NCBI RefSeq assembly: GCF_004010195.1
Contig: NC_057752.1
Location: 11,178,211 to 11,215,903, forward strand
DNA: 37,693 nucleotides
Direction of reading: 5' to 3'
Source of the DNA: Chiloscyllium plagiosum
Lineage: Eukaryota
The notes under the pieces were generated by a model. The model saw only the letters and a program-made list of their open reading frames with translations, was not told where the DNA came from and did no database searches. A program made the translations under genes and the position numbers. Positions within the stretch are counted from its first letter, which is position 1; each line of letters begins with the position of its first letter. This document shows, in pieces, positions 23,850 through 34,454 of the stretch.

Positions 23850-24562
23850 AGGTCACACAAGTGACCCCACCACACTATGCACTCTCACACACGCACACAC
23901 GCTGTCTCACACAAAGACACACACTCTCACAGGCATATTCTCCCTCACACTCGTGCACACTCGCTGTCAAACACACACTCTCTTGTACACTCACATGCAT
24001 ACACTCACACTCTCTCACACACATATACACCCTCACACTCACAGACACTCTCTCTCAAGCACACAGACACATTTTCTCTCTCTCTCTCACGCACGCGCAT
24101 GCACACATATCTATGGGGTGAATTTATATTTGCAGATACATTCTATTTTGTTCAAAAAGCACAAAGTGTATAGACAGTCAGTCAATTTGGCATTTTATAA
24201 ATTCCTACTTTGGAAATAAAACCAGTCTGACTCTAGGTGAAGACAAAGACAAGGCTTCACCTCTTTTATACTGATAAAACCGTAAGGTATCTCTGGGCAG
24301 TGACTTGGAAGAAATTCTGGGACTTGCATTTTGATTGATCCAAACCTGTATCTCCATTCTAATTGATTAAAGATTTAAAAGCCATTTAGGTTTGTTCAAT
24401 ACATTTGCAACAATTGTATGACCCTTTGATCTTTTACTTATAAAATCTGTGTCTGATGTATCTGCTCTCACTAACACCTGAAGGAAGAGTGAGGCTCCGA
24501 AAGCTTGTGGTTTCAAATAAACCTGTTGGACTATAACCCAGTGTCGTGTGATTTTTGACTTT
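23850..24562 (+). mobile_element. Penelope-like family B 3' region (CA-rich UTR, decayed hammerhead at about 24475-24510)
   Basis: CA/CT-rich tract, TATGGGGTGAATTT motif and the end CTCCGAAAGCTTGTG...AAATAAACCTGTTGGACTATAAC; homologous to 34455-35268. Confidence 0.75.
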
Positions 24563-25130
24563 GGCCTTTTCTTCACATTTGTGGTGAACATTTCTACTAG
24601 GAATGAGCATCTTGAGATCTTTTAAAACTCAATGGAACAATCTGTGTTGTTAGATTCCAATCAGGCTGTCCAAATAAAAACTCAGAAACATAGACATTTT
24701 TAAACGCAGAGTTTGTTGACAAGATCACACCAGCAGCTCTTGCACACTATGTTCCCCTTCACATTTTTGAATCAGCCTGGACTTCATATATTGTTACAAA
24801 TCTCTGGGGTCGGTGGGACTTGACCCTGGACTTTCTGACCCAGAGACTGGGGACACTGTCACTGTGCCACAGTGTCCCTTTAATTTCTTCTTTAATCTGA
24901 ATGATGAGGAAAGATTTTCCTCTTGGGCTGGGTTCTATCCAGACACCTGTACAGAAAGGACTATCAGACAAACTATACCATAAAATTTTCCTTCGCGGAT
25001 TTTCTTTGTTTAAATCAACCAATTCAGAGAAGTTATAATACACCTCTGGAGTTGATGGAGCTTGAACCCAGGCCTGAAAATGTATTGCTGGAAAAGCGCA
25101 GTAGGTCAGGCAGCATCCAAGGAGCAGGAG

Positions 25131-25166
25131 AATCGACGTTTCGGGCATGAGCCCTTCTTCAGGAAT
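25131..25166 (-). ncRNA. Minimal hammerhead ribozyme, intact core
   Basis: Minus strand ATTC-CTGAAGA-A-GGGC-TCAT-GCCC-GAAA-C-GTC-GATT. Confidence 0.7.
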
Positions 25167-25172
25167 GCGAGC

Positions 25173-25208
25173 ATTCCTGAAGAAGGGCTCATGCCCGAAA
25201 CGTCGATT
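25173..25208 (+). ncRNA. Minimal hammerhead ribozyme, intact core, sense to the POU6 pre-mRNA
   Basis: CTGAAGA 25177-25183, stem II GGGC/GCCC, GAAA, palindromic ACGT stem III; predicted cleavage after GUC at 25204. Confidence 0.72.
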
Positions 25209-25790
25209 CTTCTGCTCCTTAGATGCTACCTGACCTGCTGCGCTTTTCCAGCAACACATTTTCAGCTCTGATCTCCAGCATCTGCAGTCCTCACTTTCTC
25301 CTTGAACCCAGGCCTCCTAGTTTAGGGGCAGGGAAACTACCATTGCATCACAAGAGCCCCTATTGTCCCTTTATGTGTTTCACTTTTCTCATCAACCTGT
25401 TCAGTGATGTTATGACACACCTCTGGATCAGGTGGGACTTGAAACTGGGCCTCCTAGCTCAGAGGTACAGGCACTACCATTACACCACAAGAGTCTTCTG
25501 AATTTCTATTATAATTATATTAACAGTTTAGCTCACATGGCAGAGTCATTTTGAATGGTGAGCCTTTCCACCATTCTATCTTTGGAATATAGCCACAATA
25601 AATGAAGTAGGTAATACAACATGCGCAATTAAGGGACCAGTAGGCAATGTGACTGACTATGTGGTGAATCCAAGGGTGAGAAGCTTCTCTGTTGTTATCT
25701 GTAACGGAAAATGTCTGGATTTTAAAAGTTTATGCTTGGTTCTGAACAATGGATTTTTTTTTCTTCCCCCCCCACCAAATTCTCTTGTAG

Positions 25791-25963
25791 CTGCTTCAAT
25801 GTTGAACCCTGCTCTCCAGCCGACACAGCTTCAACAGGTCTTACAACCTCAGGCCACTCTACAGTCCCTGCCTACATCCGCTGTCCCTCTGAAACAGCTG
25901 GAACCTCAAACCCAGGTCACCTCCGTTCACCAAGCTCAAGGCCTGACTTTAAACCCGACAATA
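25791..25963 (+). CDS. POU6F1: POU6 coding exon D ((A)ASMLNPALQPTQLQQ...QAQGLTLNPTI)
   Basis: Polypyrimidine tract plus TCTCTTGTAG, donor ATA/GTGAGT, 173 nt, phase 1 to 0. Ends resemble POU6F1 AAVLNTAL and QPAGFAFSPGI. Confidence 0.88.
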
Positions 25964-26808
25964 GTGAGTTACTCCACTGTTAGATTGTTAGATACAATAG
26001 AGGGATCAGTAGTAATAGAACCATAAGATCTTCTTTTTCACTACGATATATTGTGGTGATCATTGTCTCATTAATGAATTCTAGGAAGTTAGGAGTTTTG
26101 TTTTTAATCCGTTGTCCACATTTGCATGTTAATAATTTTTAAAGTGTTTCATTTATATATTCTTGGCTTTAATTTATACTTACAGAAAAAATGTATAATG
26201 ATTCCCTGTGATGCAAAATCATACTTTGACTGTTTTGTGACTGAGGCTTTGGCTTAAGTTCCAGTATCTTTAGTATTGTGGGTGGCAGTAACATATCTCC
26301 AAATCAATTTCCATGTTTTAACATTTGTCAGTGCTTCCTGTGTAATTATAGCAGAGAACTTAATTACTTTGCTAAAATGCTGTTCTGAAACTGAGTAGAA
26401 CAAAAGGACCAGCCATAGTGTTTAGAATCATAAGAGAAATATATGGAGGAGACAGCATATTGCCATTAAAGCAGTGTTTTCAAAGTGATTTTGTTATTAG
26501 CTGACCAGGAGGGAGCTATTTATATTAGTCCCTATTTACAACTGGACTGGCGTAACTAGCTCAAATTCTTAGCAAAGAAAATAAAAGGCAAGGGGCAATA
26601 AGTTAATCATCTGAAAAGTTGAAAAATAACAGAATGTCCTTACAGTTTGCATACAAAACACATGGGGCACTGGCGGCGCAGGATTTCATTTCCAGGTCGT
26701 GGTGCAGGGCTGTGTCAGCAATATGCATGAGTTATGATGAGAATTGGGATTCTGGATTAGTGGTGCTGGAAGAGCACAGCAGTTCAGGCAGCATCCAAGG
26801 AGCAGCAA

Positions 26809-26844
26809 AATCGACGTTTCGGGCAAAAGCCCTTCATCAGGAAT
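26809..26844 (-). ncRNA. Minimal hammerhead ribozyme, intact core
   Basis: Minus strand ATTC-CTGATGA-A-GGGC-TTTT-GCCC-GAAA-C-GTC-GATT. Confidence 0.75.
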
Positions 26845-26890
26845 AAAGGCAGAGTGCCTGAAGCGTGGAGAGATAAGCTAGGGGAGGGAG

Positions 26891-27409
26891 GGGGAGGGAA
26901 ATATATCCCTGGTGGTGGGGTCTGTTTGGAGGCGGAGAGGGGTGGGGAGGGAAATATATCCCTGGTGGTGGGGTCTGTTTGGAGGCGGAGAGGGGTGGGG
27001 AGGGAAATATATCCCTGGTGGTGGGGTCTGTTTGGAGGCGGAGAGGGGTGGGGAGGGAAATATATCCCTGGTGGTGGGGTCTGTTTGGAGGCGGAGAGGG
27101 GTGGGGAGGGAAATATATCCCTGGTGGTGGGGTCTGTTTGGAGGCGGAGAGGGGTGGGGAGGGAAATATATCCCTGGTGGTGGGGTCTGTTTGGAGGCGG
27201 AGAGGGGTGGGGAGGGAAATATATCCCTGGTGGTGGGGTCTGTTTGGAGGCGGAGAGGGGTGGGGAGGGAAATATATCCCTGGTGGTGGGGTCTGTTTGG
27301 AGGCGGAGAGGGGTGGGGAGGGAAATATATCCCTGGTGGTGGGGTCTGTTTGGAGGCGGAGAGGGGTGGGGAGGGAAATATATCCCTGGTGGTGGGGTCT
27401 GTTTGGAGG
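26891..27409. repeat. 53-bp minisatellite, 9 full copies plus a 42-nt partial copy
   Basis: Unit GGGGAGGGAAATATATCCCTGGTGGTGGGGTCTGTTTGGAGGCGGAGAGGGGT starts at 26891, 26944 ... 27368. Translation repeats every 53 aa. Confidence 0.97.
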
Positions 27410-28196
27410 TGGCGGAAATGTCGGTGGATGATTTGGTTTATGCGAAGGTTGGTAGGGTGGAAGGTGGGCACCAGGGGCGTTCTGTCCTTGTTACGGTTGG
27501 AGGGGTGGGGTCTGAGGGCGGAGGTGTGGGATGTGGATGAGATGCGTTGGAGGGCATCTTTGACCACGTGGGAAGGGAAATTGCGGTCTTTAAAGAAGGA
27601 GGCCATCTGGTGTGTTCTATGGTGGAACCGCTCCTCCTGGGAGCAGATACGGCGGAGGCGGAGGAATTGGGAATACGGGATGGCATTTTTGCAAGAGGTA
27701 TGGTGGGAAGAGGTGTAATCCAGGTAGCTGTGGGAGTTGGTGGGTTTGTAAAAAATGTCAGTGTCAAGTCGGTCGTCACTAATGGAGATGGAGAGGTCCA
27801 GGAAGGGGAGGGAGGTGTCAGAGATGGTCCAGGTAAATTTAAGGTCAGGGTGGAATGTGTTGGTGAAGTTGATGAATTGCTCAACCTCCTCGCGGGAGCA
27901 CGAGGTGGCGCCAATGCAGTCATCAATGTAGCGGAGGAAGAGGTGGGGAGTGGTGCTGGTGTAATTACGGAAGATCAACTGTTCTACGTAGCCCCCAACC
28001 TTGAGAATTGGGATGCCTGCTCATCACAATGTGCTCCATTCTGCCTCAGGGCTTTGAGTATATGAGCTTCTCCATTGAGAGAGAGTGGCCAACCTCATTG
28101 AGAATCATATGTGATCACTCAGAATTGACAGTGGAGGACTCTGTAAACTTACAGCCTGTGATGCTGGAGCAGCAGCCTTTGCAGATGAGCCCTTGA

Positions 28197-28542
28197 TCAT
28201 AGAATCCCTACAGTGTGGATTCAGGCTATTTGGCCAATCAAGTGTACACCAACTCTCCACCCAGAGCATTCCACCCAGACCCACCTTATTCCTGTAACAC
28301 TGCATTTCCCGTAACTAACCCACCTAGTCTTCACCATCCTGAACACGCTGGGCAATTTAGCATGGCCAATCTACCTAATCCGCACATCTTTGGACTGTGG
28401 GAGGAAACCGGAGCACCCGGACGAAACCCATGCAGACATGGGAAGAGTGTGCAAACTCCACACAGACAATTGCCTGAGGCTGGAATTCAACGGATCTCTG
28501 GCGTGTGAGGCAGCAGTGCTAACCACCAAGCCACCATGCCAT
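28197..28542 (-). mobile_element. HE1-type SINE
   Basis: Reverse complement of the HE1 head (GGCATGGTGGCTTGGTGGTTAGCACTGCTGCC), core and tail. Confidence 0.87.
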
Positions 28543-28569
28543 CCTCTAGTATTTACACATTGAGGCTGA

Positions 28570-28680
28570 TGTTGAAAAGTGTAGTGCTGGAAAAGCACAG
28601 CCGGTCAGGCAGCATCCGAGGAACAGGAGAGTCGACATTTCGAGCATAAGCTCTTCATCAGGAATGAGGGGGTGGCTGGA
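28570..28680 (-). mobile_element. Penelope-like family A terminal fragment with hammerhead motif (28631-28665)
   Basis: Minus strand CTGATGA-A-GAGC-TTAT-GCTC-GAAA-T-GTC. Stem II is GAGC/GCTC versus GGGC/GCCC elsewhere, a compensatory change. Confidence 0.72.
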
Positions 28681-28825
28681 AATGGTGGAACATTAACCAT
28701 CCTGTAGCAGAGCAGCTAGCAGATGCATGAAGAAATCATCAAGTTTTCTTTCTGACCTGCACAGGATCCTTATTACAATGAAAAGTACAGAGTTAAATAC
28801 TTTAAACAGATATCTTCTAATTTGT

Positions 28826-29136
28826 GGGTGGCACAGTGGTTAGCACTGCTGCCTCACAGCGCCAGAGACCCGGGTTCAGTTCCCGCCTCAGGCGACTGAC
28901 TGTGTGGAGTTTGCACGTTCTCCCCGTGTCTGCGTGGGTTTCCTCCGGGTGCTCCGGTTTCCTCCCACAGTCCAAAGATGTGCAGGTTAGGTGAATTGGC
29001 CATACTAAATTGCCCGTAGTGTTAGGTTAAAGGGGTAAATGTAGGGGTATGGGTGGGTTGCGCTTCGGCGGGTCGGTGTGGACTTGTTGGGCCGAAGGGC
29101 CTGTTTCCACACTGTAAGTAATCTAATCTAATCTAA
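28826..29136 (+). mobile_element. HE1-type SINE, young copy
   Basis: CpG-rich, near identical to 56-373, (TAATC)n tail. Confidence 0.9.
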
Positions 29137-29479
29137 TTAAACCTCATGTTCTCTGACAGTTCATTTCACATAGCACAAGATGCCAGTTTACTCTCACCTT
29201 GTGCTAAGTATATTACTGTACTGAGATCTGTCTTACGGATTGCAGCTAACTGAGGTCCCTAGTGGAAAGAGTAGATACAGAGGCTTGTTTCACGATCTCC
29301 TTTATACCTTCTTGTGATTCTAAACACTGGGGATGCATAGCAAGGTCCATCAGCATCTGAAAAAGGAAAGGATAAGTTAAGAGTTTGAAATGTTCTACTT
29401 AGCCTGTGTATTTTGATTTTTCTGTTGATATAGCTGTGTTTTGCATATTTGGACGATTTCCTTTTCCTTCCCTTGATAG

Positions 29480-29593
29480 CTTAGTAGTCAACCTTCACTT
29501 GTGAGCTCTTTGACTGCTACTCCAATTATTGCAAATGCAGTGCCCAGCTTCCAAGGAATTACAAGTCAGATCATAACTAATGCACAAGGACAG
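29480..29593 (+). CDS. POU6F1: POU6 coding exon E (LSSQPSLVSSLTATPIIANAVPSFQGITSQIITNAQGQ)
   Basis: Acceptor TTTTCCTTCCCTTGATAG, donor CAG/GTAAGT, 114 nt, phase 0 to 0. Matches POU6F1 SLTTAPVITSAIPSMPGISSQILTNAQGQ. Not in the ORF track. Confidence 0.92.
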
Positions 29594-30221
29594 GTAAGTC
29601 TGCACCAGGCCGGACATTTATCTGATTTGTTTGCACAGTAATAAAAATATGTTTGTTGCGCTGGAAAGTTGTACAGAACAGCTTAACATTCTGACCATCT
29701 TTCCCTTCAAATTCCAAAACATGTTACCAGCAGTAATAGTTACCTGCATTCAGGAAACTGCACAACCTGTTAAGGCAGCAAGGCCACGTAAAAGCATGAA
29801 GGCAAAAACAAATGATTACCTGCTTTTTGTATATACGTATAACATATGCACAGTCAATAGCTTAGGTTTCAGACTTGGCCTGTCACCAGATCTATATGTT
29901 AAACAGTGGGATGGAGAGAATGTCACTCAGGCCAGATGAATCACAAGTATTTGCTTTTTGTGCATAATGGTGAGGCAGGTGTTTATCACTGGTTTTATTT
30001 TCTGAGAATAGTTTAGATTGTCTGCACATCTGCCATTCTCTCTCCTTATCTGCAAAAACTTTGACTTTTACACCAGTAACTGTGCCTCACTGTGAAGCTG
30101 GGTCCCCGAGTTGACAGATTTTCCCAGATTATTGATTGCTGTATCTATGGAAAATGCTTTGCTTGCCCATCTTCCCACATTATCACATGTCTTGTTACAA
30201 AAAAAATTCTCATCTGTTGAC

Positions 30222-30322
30222 TGTTCTGAAAAAGGGTCACTGGACCCAAAGTGTTAAATCTGATTTCTCTCCACAGATGCTGCCAGACCTGCTATGTTTC
30301 TCCAGCAATTTCTGTTTGTTTG
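30222..30322 (+). mobile_element. Decayed Penelope-related terminal fragment
   Basis: CTGAAAAA-GGGTC-ACTG-GACCC-AAAG followed by GATGCTGCCAGACCTGCT...TCCAGCA, resembling the family A end. Confidence 0.5.
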
Positions 30323-30539
30323 TGATCTTTAGCTGTTGAATGCGTTTGCTCCAAACAGTCTGACTGAACAGTCACACATTCTGTGGTGTAGAGAATCTCT
30401 TGCTAACCGGATTGCTAAAGGTGATGGAGGAGTCAAAAACAAGATAATGGACTGGGAAAATATAACATTTTGTGAGCTAAGAAGGGATCTGGCCCATAGG
30501 AACTAGGCACAAAAGGTACCAAATGGGAAATCTTGAAAC

Positions 30540-31350
30540 ATAGTTTGGCTTGCTTGCCTTTATTGGTCAGTATATTGAATATAGGAGTTGTGAGGTCATA
30601 TTACGGCAGTACAGGACATTGGTTAGGCCACCTTTGGAATATTGCATTAAATTCTGGTCTCCCTGCTATAAGAAAGATAGGGACAGGCCACTATAAATGC
30701 CGGAGGAAACACCACAGAAGCGCTTCACAGGAGGCTCCCAAGCACGGAGGATGTCACCTAGACAGGGGACGAAACGTTTGCCACAAAAATTTCCAGCTCA
30801 GCGAACAGAACCACAACAACGAGCACCCGAGCTACAAATCTTCTCACAAACTTTGAATAAGAAAGATGTTATTAAACTTGGAAGGGTTCCAAAAAGATTT
30901 ACAAGGATGTTGCTGGGATTGGAGGGTTTGAGCTATAGGGGGAGGCTCAATAGGCTGGGGCTGCTTTCCCTGGAGGCTGAGAGGTGAACTTATAGAGGTT
31001 TATAAGATTATGAGGGACATTAATTGGGTGAATAGACAAGGTAGGAGAGGGTAGGGTAGGAGAGCTCAAAACTAGAGGGCATAGTTTTAAGGTGAGAGGG
31101 GAAAGATTTGGACCTAAGGGGCAACTTTATCACACAGAAGGTGGTACATGTATGGAATGAGCTGCCAGAGGAAGTGGTGGAGTCGGGTGCAATTACAACA
31201 ATTAAAAGACATCTGGATGGATATATGAATAGGAAGGGTTTAGAAGGATATGAACGAAATCCTGGCAAACGGGACTAGATCAGTTTAGAATATCTGGTTG
31301 GCTTGGATGAGTAGAACCAAAGCATCTGTTTCCGTGTTGTATGATTCTAT
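30540..31350 (+). mobile_element. CR1 (HER1-like) 3' part interrupted at 30679-30856
   Basis: LVRPPLEYCIKFWSP...KDVIKLGRVPKRFTRMLLGLEGLSYRGRLNRLGL and a 3' tail. Confidence 0.88.
30679..30856 (+). mobile_element. 178-bp insertion with a hammerhead-like motif (probable Penelope family C 3' end)
   Basis: TSD ATAAGAAAGAT at 30668-30678 and 30857-30867. Contains GCA-CGGAGGA-T-GTC...GAC-GAAA-CGT-T-TGC. Confidence 0.7.
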
Positions 31351-32734
31351 AAGATGGAAAAAATTCAGCATCACCCAGCAGTTGCCAACCAGTGAGCAGC
31401 ACGCTTTCGCAGGAGTGGCTACTCTGGAATATGCTGACACCCAAACCTGGAGGGAGCAGGCAGTTATTTTGTTCAACAGTTCTGTTGTGAGGCTTTGGGT
31501 ACTTTCTGCTTGCTCTTGCAGTAAGTCAAGCCAGCCCTGAACCTCTGCAGTAAGAAGAACAGGTAATTTAGGGTCACTTGCCATCTGATTAAATTAGCAT
31601 GCGCGCAGTAGTAACATCCACAAAGACTTGGTTCTTTGTTCACACCAACCTTCGAGCCACCACAATTTTTAAAGGAAGTTCCTTGAGTCACTCGAAACTG
31701 TTTATTTTAGGGAGTAGGCCTCTTAATTATGTGAATTGCAGTCGAATGGTGTAGTGAGAATCCCCATTGCAATTTTAAGACACTGCGATGGAGAGTGTAC
31801 CATGTGTACCCATATGACCACACATTGAGCGACCTTAAAATAACAACTGCTGGCTACTCCAAACAACAGTCCAGAATTTATTTTTAACCTAGAGTGAATT
31901 TTCTGGCTTCACAAAAGTGTTGGAGATCACTACTAGCCAAGTTCAACTTACTTGTATTTGTGTGATATACTGAAGTAGACAAAGTCAGTGGGATGTATAA
32001 TCTTTGGGGTGGGTGAGTGGTTAATGGAGCTTTCAAAGGTGGAAAGGCTGGTGCCTGGGGATAATTAATCTGACAGGATGAGAAATTTTGATTTCCCGAT
32101 GATGGGTTGAGACGCAGAGATAAACTCAGTGATGTGTTCGTGTCGAGCAGTCCCACCAGCCTGTGGCAGGTTCCTACTTGTAATACATTTGCATGTCATG
32201 AATATTCATTGCCATGAAGTCATTTTTAATAAGGTCAGGGTGAATGCGAATCCTGTAGTACCTGGTTCACAGTCCGTTCAAAATGGGTGAGCTGTCAGTT
32301 TTGTGAAATTTTTACAAGGTCAGCCGTTTTTAGTGTTTCACTCTACGGCACAAGAGAGAGGAGCAGGAGAACAGCAGCTTGCATGGAGGCTCAGGACCAG
32401 AACTGGAACAATGAAGTAGTAAGGGCCTGGGGGAGTGAGCTCAGTTTGTCAAGGTAATGTTACGACCCACTTGTGAAAGTATGCAGATTCTTGAGCCTCA
32501 CTATTCCTGGGGTTGTCGCAAAAGCTAATGGTTTAATCAAAGTACTGAAAGAGCCCAATTTACCTGTCTAATACAATCAGGCTGACACAAAACACTAAGC
32601 AGGTTCCTGGTCTTCACAAGAACTATCATTTTTTTACAAATGAATAAGTTGAAGCTACAGGTAGACAAAACTGTGAATTATCAACGTATAACTCTACAGT
32701 CCACTTTTAAAACCTCCACACACAAGCCTCCATG

Positions 32735-33045
32735 CACGGTGGCTCAGTGGTAAGCACTGCTGCCTCACGGCGCCAGAGACCCGGGTTCAATTCCCACCTT
32801 GGGTGACTGTCTGTGTGGGGTTTACACATTCTCCCCGTGTCTGCATGGGTTTCCTCCGGGTGCTCCAGTTTCCTCCCACAATCCAAAAAGGTGCAGGTTA
32901 GGTGAATTGGCCGTGCTAAATTGCCCATAGTGTTAGGTACATTAGTCAGGGGTAAATGGATCTGGATGGGTTGCTCTTCGGAGGGTCGGTGTGGACGTGT
33001 TGAGCCAAAGGGCCTGTTTCCACACTGTAGGGATTCTAATCTAAT
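32735..33045 (+). mobile_element. HE1-type SINE
   Basis: GCACGGTGGCTCAGTGG head, GGTTCAATTCC, HE1 core, tail GATTCTAATCTAA. Confidence 0.88.
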
Positions 33046-33432
33046 TACATAGACAAAATTGGCGTTATGGGTGGAGGAAAATAAACAGATCAACTGATGG
33101 GAGAAAATAACTGACTTTCTTCAGGTTTTAGTAACTTTTATTGCAGAGATATAGAGAGAATCTTTTCCATCCATATTCCAAAGACTTCACTCCCTCTGTT
33201 GTAAACACCTGTTCATCTGCCCAGGAACCAATGAGAAAGCTGTCATCAGGCTAATGATGTCCGATATCTACAATCAGTCACAATTGTACAAACCAATCAG
33301 TTACCTGTTGCTGGACAGAACTCACTCTGCATCTCACCCAACTCAATTCCATGTCACCATATCTCTCATCCTCCCTTGCTTGCAATACAGCAATGTAAAC
33401 ATAACATACAATGAGTTCCAGTAACCTGTTTC

Positions 33433-33584
33433 ACAGAATTCCTGCAGTCTGGAAGCAGGCCATTCAGCGCATTGAGTTCACACTGATCCTCCAAACAGCA
33501 TCCCACCCAGATCCCCTCACCCTATCCCTGTGTCTCTGTAACCCTGATGCTGTAAGGCAGCAGTGCTAACCACTGAGCCACCGT
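33433..33584 (-). mobile_element. Internally deleted HE1-type SINE (head joined to tail)
   Basis: GGCAGCAGTGCTAACCACTGAGCCACCG (head, reverse complement) lies directly beside tail sequence; the central core is missing. Confidence 0.65.
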
Positions 33585-34454
33585 TCTGCTCTGTTTCTTG
33601 ATGTACAGCAACGTCTTCCCCAGAGCTTGGTTTTAAAACATTCCTCTTCTCATTTTAGCCCACAATCAAAAATACAGAAAAATAAAAAGATGAGGTCTTT
33701 ATTGTAGGAAAATGATGGGCCTAGCAGACAGTGTCAGTAGTGTCCAATGTTTATTCATCTTAGGATGTTGGCCAGCACAGTCTTTACAGGGCTCTGGCTT
33801 CATGCACAACAGCTCTTTCAGGAGCTGGTGCAGACACGAAGAAACGAATGGCCTCCTTCTTTACTGTACAGTTCTGATTTTAAAGATCCATTCTGAGTGA
33901 TCTCAAACAATGTCCTTCAACGCAAATGCTAAATTGAATGCATTTCCCATGGAGATTGCTGGCACTTCAAATTTTAATTGTAATTATAATTGAAAAAGCA
34001 AAAAGAGAGAAAGCAGAAATGGTGCACAGTTCTAGTTACTATGTTGGTAATGGCACACTGTAGCATCATCCAGCCCTTCATTTCTGTTCCCAATATCTTC
34101 CTGCTTATAGAATGGGGAGGGAGGAATACCTGACCTCAATTTAAAAGTCACGATGATGGTTAAAATGCTGGATCAGCAATGTCAATTAAGTGGTTAAACA
34201 CAGTAGTATTAATTGTAATAGGCTTATTTTGATGTGGTTGCACTCATTCTGTAGCCTGATGTAGGTTAGTATGTTTGCCTTCATGTTTTAAATAAACTGT
34301 CTGATTCGAAATGGAGGCTCATTTAAGTGCAATTTGTGCCAACCACCCAAATCATCACACAGGAGTGGCCTTAACAAACACACATTGCTTTCAGCACCAG
34401 ACAGCTATGTAAATGAACTTACCATGCACCGTGACTCTTGCCCCAGATTTCAGT

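Larger units (their letters stand above)
25076..25300. mobile_element. Palindromic non-autonomous Penelope-derived insertion (family A) with 15-bp TSD
   Basis: TSD CTTGAACCCAGGCCT at 25061-25075 and 25301-25315. Inverted arms 25074-25168 and 25171-25265 with 5 mismatches. Confidence 0.88.
24793..25495 (-). repeat. Three tandem tRNA-like SINE heads (about 24793-24878, 25033-25360 interrupted, 25409-25495)
   Basis: Each reads on the minus strand as an A-box-like TGGYRYARTGR, a B-box-like GTTCAAG(T)CC and CCAGAG(G)TGT. Confidence 0.6.
26751..28001 (-). mobile_element. Penelope-like retroelement (family A), 5'-truncated: RT C-terminal half, tandem array, 3' end; GIY-YIG region absent
   Basis: ORF 26878-27978 with RYIDD, HPDLKFT, LPFLD, FYKPT, YLDYTSSH, KNAIPYSQFLRLRRICS. 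13-bp TSD TGAGAATTGGGAT at 26738-26750 and 28002-28014. Confidence 0.92.

Noticed and set aside
23779..24219. His/Thr-rich ORFs here and at 34813-35204
   Set aside because: Translations of CA/GT low-complexity tracts.
24759..25271. Near-identical peptides on both strands (CWKSA.GQ.ASKEQ.NRRFGHEPFFRNA)
   Set aside because: A direct consequence of the DNA palindrome, not genes.
26891..27409. CRISPR-like regular array
   Set aside because: Units are head-to-tail with no unique spacers, derive from PLE coding sequence, and sit in a eukaryotic context with no cas genes.
26854..27718. Long plus-strand G/W-rich repetitive ORFs (228, 268 and 150 aa)
   Set aside because: Antisense read-through of the stop-free 53-bp array and the PLE RT; no splice or homology support.
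32458..33425. Possible LTR (TGTTAC ... GTAAC); similar LTR-like stretches at about 21930-22514 and 17257-17430
   Set aside because: No convincing TSD or complete pair of termini could be established by eye.
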